From sequence record MK308675.1: 64,000 nucleotides of DNA; one strand, 5' to 3'. Numbering within the stretch: position 1 is the stretch's first letter; every line of letters starts with the position of its first letter. The position numbers and the translations under genes are program-made. Under the pieces are notes generated by a model that was not told where the DNA came from, did not search any database, and was given only the letters and a program-made list of their open reading frames with translations. Below are positions 59,373 to 64,000 of the stretch, one piece after another.

Positions 59373-59552
59373 CTAAGCAGCAGGTTTAAGCTGGTCGTGC
59401 AGCATCTGCCGCGCCGTCCAGAAGTCGGTCCATGTGACGAATACGTGTCTTTCTGAACCGTGCTGATGGATTGTGACATGTTTGTAATCGCCCGTCCCAT
59501 TTACGTGGGTAAAGGTTTTTACTCCATGTTCATCAACACTTACACTAGTCAT
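59373..59552 (-). CDS. His-rich 59-aa protein, tandem copy 2
   Basis: start moved to MTSVSV by alignment with copy 1; AGGA SD. Confidence 0.8.
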   Translation of the reverse strand: MTSVSVDEHGVKTFTHVNGTGDYKHVTIHQHGSERHVFVTWTDFWTARQMLHDQLKPAA

Positions 59553-59662
59553 AAACATAGTTCCTGTGTTAGTTGTAAGTAACTTACTCCTACGGTGCGT
59601 CCACACCGTAGGAGTAACCCTCTTTCTGTTTTCTAGTTAACAGACAACTACAGAACAATCAA
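59553..59662 (-). promoter_or_regulatory. structured 5-prime leader, copy 2 (two hairpins)
   Basis: hairpins 59625-59644 and 59584-59617; offset 374-375 bp from copy 1. Confidence 0.65.
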
Positions 59663-59694
59663 TATATGTATACTCAAAAAGAAATACACCCATA

Positions 59695-59720
59695 CTCCTA
59701 TCTGCTCGAGCAGATAGGAG
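59695..59720. terminator. 26-bp perfect palindrome, terminator-like
   Basis: CTCCTATCTGCTCGAGCAGATAGGAG. Confidence 0.55.
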
Positions 59721-59761
59721 GGGGATGTTTTAAAGGATTAATAGTAGAGTAAAAGCATAAA

Positions 59762-59774
59762 GATAATATAGGTT
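59762..59774 (-). promoter_or_regulatory. early-type promoter variant AACCTATATTATC
   Basis: 11 of 13 match to 4925 motif. Confidence 0.5.
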
Positions 59775-59917
59775 ATAGAATCTTTTCAAGTTCAGGACGT
59801 ACGTTTTTAAAAACAGAGTTTGCTTATAGTATAGTAGAAGTCATCACGCCGGACGTCGAGAAACCTCCGTTCGGTTCTTTATTGCTGACACGATATGTTA
59901 TACTTCTACGACATATA

Positions 59918-59949
59918 CCTCCCTCCTCTGTTTCGGCAGAGGAGGGAGG
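59918..59949. terminator. intrinsic terminator, 13-bp stem
   Basis: CCTCCCTCCTCTG-TTTCGG-CAGAGGAGGGAGG right after stop of 59958-60203. Confidence 0.75.
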
Positions 59950-59957
59950 ATTATGTT

Positions 59958-60203
59958 TTATTTCAGTAAGTTTTCTAGCCATTTACGTTTGTCTTCACGG
60001 ACGAACGTAAGCGGAACAGGAACAGTGTCTCGACCACTCTTCTTTATTTCCACAGCTTCTCGCACAATAGCGATTTCTTCATTGTTAAAAAAGAAGATGC
60101 GTTCGCGTTCTTCCGATAGCGTCTTCTGTTGGACCTTACCAATTTGTGTTAAGATAGGTCCTACTTCGGAAAAGAAGCCTTGAGGCATTTGGGTCATTTG
60201 CAT
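59958..60203 (-). CDS. small hypothetical protein
   Basis: 81-aa ORF, AGGAG SD. Confidence 0.65.
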   Translation of the reverse strand: MQMTQMPQGFFSEVGPILTQIGKVQQKTLSEERERIFFFNNEEIAIVREAVEIKKSGRDTVPVPLTFVREDKRKWLENLLK

Positions 60204-60667
60204 GGGAACATGTCTCCTAGGTCCGCTAGAACAGATGAGTAGTATGGTATCCCTTCGTGGACTTTAGCTTCTAGGTTTACCATGATGGTTTCTACGGTGC
60301 CTTTGGCTGGGTTCTTAACACGAACCACTTCCACGCCGCCTAGCTTATGAATGAAGAAACCGAGGATTTCTCCTTTCTTACAGAACTGGGCCAGATGACG
60401 ATAAGTATCCAGAACCATCTCTACAGTATCGCCTGCTAAACATTCCATGCGGAAGCCTAATGTGATGCCGTAGCTGATAGGGCCATGATACGTATTGTAC
60501 ATCTGTAGCTTAGCAGCGCAGTTGTCGAAGAACGGTGGTGCTTTACGGCATACGCAGTCAGGCAATACATAGTTACCCGTTGCGTTTGCAGTCATGTAGA
60601 GACGATTGATGTCTTCGGTAGCAATCTTCTCGTTAGGTTTTAAATGTAAGCAGAAGAATTTACGCAT
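60194..60667 (-). CDS. hypothetical protein
   Basis: 157-aa ORF in operon. Confidence 0.75.
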   Translation of the reverse strand: MRKFFCLHLKPNEKIATEDINRLYMTANATGNYVLPDCVCRKAPPFFDNCAAKLQMYNTYHGPISYGITLGFRMECLAGDTVEMVLDTYRHLAQFCKKGEILGFFIHKLGGVEVVRVKNPAKGTVETIMVNLEAKVHEGIPYYSSVLADLGDMFPCK

Positions 60668-60676
60668 AACTTTATC

Positions 60677-61186
60677 CTAGTCTTTTTGAAGTCTACGAGT
60701 CACTTCCTCAAACAGCTCTTCATAATCCATGTTGTACTTTAAAGTATCGTCAAAGAAAAGGATGGAGTGAGTGAGTTCGTTTTTATCGTTGACATAGTGA
60801 ACGAAATAGTTAGGTCGTCCTTTTACTTGAACGATGGCTAACGGCGTATAAGGTTTAGAGCGTAGGCAGCCTTTAAAGACTGACAGTAAATCGTAAGCAT
60901 GTTGATAAGACATCTCACTTACGAAGGCAGTACGTAATAGGAAGTACCCGGGGCCTACATCGTGGTATTTGTAGTTCCAATCCGGTGCGTCCAGAATTGA
61001 GCCTAGGAGCGTCTCTACGGACTTTCTTAGACTACTCGTTGCATTCGGTCCTTCAAACATATTCTTCGACTCTACGTAGCCCTCATAGCCTAATTTGTAG
61101 GCAAAGTGCTTAAGTGTCGAGAGTAATGATTTGTGTGCGCGAATGCGACTGATGTCCAAAGACATCAGCACGCGTTGGTATGACAT
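60677..61186 (-). CDS. hypothetical protein
   Basis: 169-aa ORF in operon. Confidence 0.75.
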   Translation of the reverse strand: MSYQRVLMSLDISRIRAHKSLLSTLKHFAYKLGYEGYVESKNMFEGPNATSSLRKSVETLLGSILDAPDWNYKYHDVGPGYFLLRTAFVSEMSYQHAYDLLSVFKGCLRSKPYTPLAIVQVKGRPNYFVHYVNDKNELTHSILFFDDTLKYNMDYEELFEEVTRRLQKD

Positions 61187-61708
61187 TTAGCCCTCCAGAG
61201 CTCTCAATGTTTTGTAGTGAGCGATTTTATCTAGGTCGTAAATTCCCTGCTGTTCAAAGTATTCGCCCCACTTCAGGATGGAAGGTTCAATCTCTACTCG
61301 GTCAGACGGAATAGCGACCCAACCCCAGGAATCAATCTCTAGGCCTCCGTGGTCTCCATCGTTCAGGAAGTCCTGGAGACTAATATTAATCTCCTCGATG
61401 ATGTCTAGTGACGAACAAGGCTTAGATACCTGAGTCTCCGCCAGCATGTAGTCTCTCTGTTTAGCATCGAAGCCGAAGAAGACGAATCGCCAGATAAACT
61501 TAGACGTGTTTAATTCACGTATCCAAGCTGACAGCACCGCGCCTGGAACCTTGACAGTAGATAGTCCTGTACCGTCGGCATTGTGTACAGTCGCTCTTTC
61601 TGCAACAGAAGAGTCTGAAATCCAGATTTGGTCGAAGAAACGTTGGCGAACAGTTTCTAAGTTTTTGTTAGGATTATATTTACGATTTCCTCGTGGTTTC
61701 TTTGCCAT
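61187..61708 (-). CDS. hypothetical protein
   Basis: 173-aa ORF, basic N-terminus. Confidence 0.75.
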   Translation of the reverse strand: MAKKPRGNRKYNPNKNLETVRQRFFDQIWISDSSVAERATVHNADGTGLSTVKVPGAVLSAWIRELNTSKFIWRFVFFGFDAKQRDYMLAETQVSKPCSSLDIIEEINISLQDFLNDGDHGGLEIDSWGWVAIPSDRVEIEPSILKWGEYFEQQGIYDLDKIAHYKTLRALEG

Positions 61709-61724
61709 AATGGTTTCTACCTTT

Positions 61725-62591
61725 TTAGTTGTATGCTATCCAAGTGCCTTCACTGTGCACTGATTGTTTAAACGGGTTTTGTTTAGTGTAACGGATTTTC
61801 TTTCCGGTCTTAGGGTCTGTCCAGTATTCCGTAAAGAATACATGCCCACTACTTACGCCAACCGGCCTTAAGTATTTAACCCAGTTAGGGAATCTACTTA
61901 AATTGTGCATGGAAATGAAATGCGTTGCCTCTAGAAGCATAGGCTCCTTACCAGAGATGATGCTCTTAGAGAGGTTAACGATTTGATTCCAGCGAGTTCC
62001 ATCTGCTGTACCTGGCTTGGCACTCTTAGGACGGAAGGTTTTACGTTTACCCCAAACTATCTCATGTAAGATACTGGAGTAAGGTTTCATGGATTCGAAT
62101 TGGCCTCCGTAACCTTCAGCAGCTACAAGACAGGCATTCGTTTCGTACCAACTTAAGTCCACGCGCTGGTAAACTGAGTTGGCTGTCTTAATGGCATCGA
62201 GCGGAGTCCCTGCTCTTTCTTCTCCATACATGAGAATTGATAAGCAGAGCTCTTCTTGCCAAGGGGCTAAGTTAAGAGTTGGTTGGAAAGTGTTGTTCTC
62301 TGGTTGAGAATGATAAAAGTCTTTGTAGTAGGCCATTGAAGCTTCGACAGATTTAGTTGCGGCCTGGGCAACGACAATCTCTTTTTCGGCATCTGCCAGT
62401 TCGTACTCTAGCTCGTCGGCAAACTCGTGTACGTTTTTCAGTTTATGTTCTAAGATTGTCACCTTCCCGGCATACCAGTTGATATCTTCATACAGGTGAG
62501 AGATGTGACAAAGCGACAGTATAAGAAGAGTGATTAGGGCGCAACAAACTGCGCCCAGACCTGCTTCCATTGGTGAAAGCGTTTTAGCCAT
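61725..62591 (-). CDS. membrane-anchored SleB-like cell wall hydrolase
   Basis: N-terminal TM and coiled coil; LC-x-x-x-x-MYGE-x-R, V-x-x-RV, QFE, ATHF, P-x-W, GHVFF motifs; start moved to 62591. Confidence 0.75.
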   Translation of the reverse strand: MAKTLSPMEAGLGAVCCALITLLILSLCHISHLYEDINWYAGKVTILEHKLKNVHEFADELEYELADAEKEIVVAQAATKSVEASMAYYKDFYHSQPENNTFQPTLNLAPWQEELCLSILMYGEERAGTPLDAIKTANSVYQRVDLSWYETNACLVAAEGYGGQFESMKPYSSILHEIVWGKRKTFRPKSAKPGTADGTRWNQIVNLSKSIISGKEPMLLEATHFISMHNLSRFPNWVKYLRPVGVSSGHVFFTEYWTDPKTGKKIRYTKQNPFKQSVHSEGTWIAYN

Positions 62592-63237
62592 AGTAAAGTT
62601 TTCCTTTCTTAAGAATGATGGCACAGCGTAGAGGACCGAAACTGTCACGTTCTACAACGCGATGTTTGAAACCTAAGCGCTCAAGTTTATCTACGCTGTC
62701 GTAGTTTAACTGGCCTTCTTTAATCATAACTTGGTCGGTCATAGCCATTACGGCACTGACTGCTGGAGAAGCATCGATGAAATCTAACTTCTCTAAGAAC
62801 GACTGACGATAGCGTGCATCGCATGAGATGTGTTGAAGCCCTTTAAAGAAATCATCCTCAGTTGCATCTTCTAAAGACATGAAGGCGTCCACGGGCTCTG
62901 CTTTCGGTAGGCCCCACTTCTCGGCTACGCGCTCGTTTAGAGCTCGCCATTCGTCGCTATCGGAACTGAGATAGTCGATATCGATATCCAACTCTTCAGC
63001 GACCTTAACGACGTATTCCAGGATGTGCTTAGCCGTCTCGCGGTAGACTAATTCCTCACCGTCGTATGTAGGCGACTCAGTATTAGGATACCAGCCTGTA
63101 CCTTCTAGGACACAGTCGTAGACGTCGTCTGATAAACCTTCAGCGGCGTAGAAGTTCAAGATAGGTATTGACAGCAGAATGGTCAATAAGTTGTTTTCTT
63201 GGTCTTCAGTCCAATTGCGGCGTAAGTAATTATACAT
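62584..63237 (-). CDS. conserved phage hypothetical protein
   Basis: C-terminal ERDSFG-x-L...I...KG-x-x-x-YG motif; GGAG SD. Confidence 0.75.
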   Translation of the reverse strand: MYNYLRRNWTEDQENNLLTILLSIPILNFYAAEGLSDDVYDCVLEGTGWYPNTESPTYDGEELVYRETAKHILEYVVKVAEELDIDIDYLSSDSDEWRALNERVAEKWGLPKAEPVDAFMSLEDATEDDFFKGLQHISCDARYRQSFLEKLDFIDASPAVSAVMAMTDQVMIKEGQLNYDSVDKLERLGFKHRVVERDSFGPLRCAIILKKGKLYYG

Positions 63238-63270
63238 AGTGGTTTCTCCAAGTTAAAGTTCTTTCCGGTT

Positions 63271-63987
63271 TTAGGCGCCGTTGCCTGGTGTATATAAATC
63301 GAAGAAATACTCTCGAATCTCATCCGTTGTATACTCACCGAAGATATGGTAAGTTTCCACTCTCCAGCGATTTATTTCTATGGGTAAGCTAAACCCCTTA
63401 GGGGTATCGTCGAATGCGTATGTGTGTTCGAGACTGTAACGTACTCGACCGACTGAATAAGGAGCTTCTTCTTTTGCAAGTTCCATTGCTGTGTCTAGTG
63501 GCAGAGGACGCATAGTAATGAAGTTATCTTCATGTACTGCTACCTGACCCATTGCGTCGGGTAAGCAATCGTCTATATCTTTAACGAAGACCTCGTGTAG
63601 GACATAGCCTCGACCATACAGGTCCTCAATCTTATCTTCCATGAACCACCAGCCCACGAAGCGCTTGGCGACCGTACTGAAATAACTAGCATCTCCGTGA
63701 GCTAGAAAATACAGCGATGGGTGACTTCCACAGTCCCAGCCTATGTCGTCCATTAGTTCAACGGAGTCAGGAGTCTCGAAGAATGTTGGCTCGGGCACAT
63801 TTGACATTGTGGGACCGAAGCGGAATAGTCGTTTCTTTGGTTCGTCATCGAAAGTGCGCCCATGCTTCTGTAGAGCATAGCGAGCTTCAATTTGTTTACA
63901 TACCCATTCCTGGTGTTCTGGAGTTAGGTAGTGTTCTGGATGGGCCATCACCCATTCCGTTTCCGTTACGTTTCCCGGTTTAATCAT
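63271..63987 (-). CDS. hypothetical protein
   Basis: 238-aa ORF, GAGGA SD. Confidence 0.75.
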   Translation of the reverse strand: MIKPGNVTETEWVMAHPEHYLTPEHQEWVCKQIEARYALQKHGRTFDDEPKKRLFRFGPTMSNVPEPTFFETPDSVELMDDIGWDCGSHPSLYFLAHGDASYFSTVAKRFVGWWFMEDKIEDLYGRGYVLHEVFVKDIDDCLPDAMGQVAVHEDNFITMRPLPLDTAMELAKEEAPYSVGRVRYSLEHTYAFDDTPKGFSLPIEINRWRVETYHIFGEYTTDEIREYFFDLYTPGNGA

Positions 63988-64000
63988 TTTAGTTTCCTCT

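Noticed and set aside
58922-59957. Possible CRISPR or repeat-spacer array in the largest low-coding region
   Set aside because: Only two diverged 374-bp units, each containing an ORF; no short identical repeats with unique spacers and no cas genes.

Overview
This 64-kb window looks like part of a phiKZ-like (Chimalliviridae-type) jumbo phage genome, probably infecting a marine Vibrio-like host. The lineage call rests on phiKZ-type internal head proteins with AME/SME processing motifs, a virion-type SF2 helicase and a TerL-like ATPase; the host call rests on a Vibrio-like Tmk and on chitin-related genes. Most of the minus strand carries small early/middle genes and nucleotide or RNA-repair enzymes: ThyX, Tmk, NAD-dependent ligase, CCA-adding enzyme, NrdC.11-like nucleotidyltransferase, HD hydrolase, HAD protein, PhoH and a kinase-like protein. 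Plus-strand islands (about 5.0-13.8 kb, 16.0-22.7 kb, 27.4-28.7 kb, 47.2-48.9 kb) carry probable late/structural genes, including a tail-fibre/receptor-binding paralog cluster and a GH18 chitinase. Two recurring promoter-like motifs are visible: CCTATATTAC-like on the minus strand and AATCTTATRR-like before structural and lysis genes. Most notable observations: (1) a 374-bp tandem duplication in which a His-rich 60-aa protein is preceded by a 110-nt two-hairpin leader showing 7 compensatory base-pair changes between copies; (2) a GH18 chitinase plus a fibre protein with five chitin-binding-like repeats; (3) a single in-frame TGA splitting a 267-codon structural ORF; (4) a truncated terminase ATPase paralog. 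No CRISPR array, reverse transcriptase, tRNA or rRNA was seen. All family assignments are from motif recognition by eye, not database searches.
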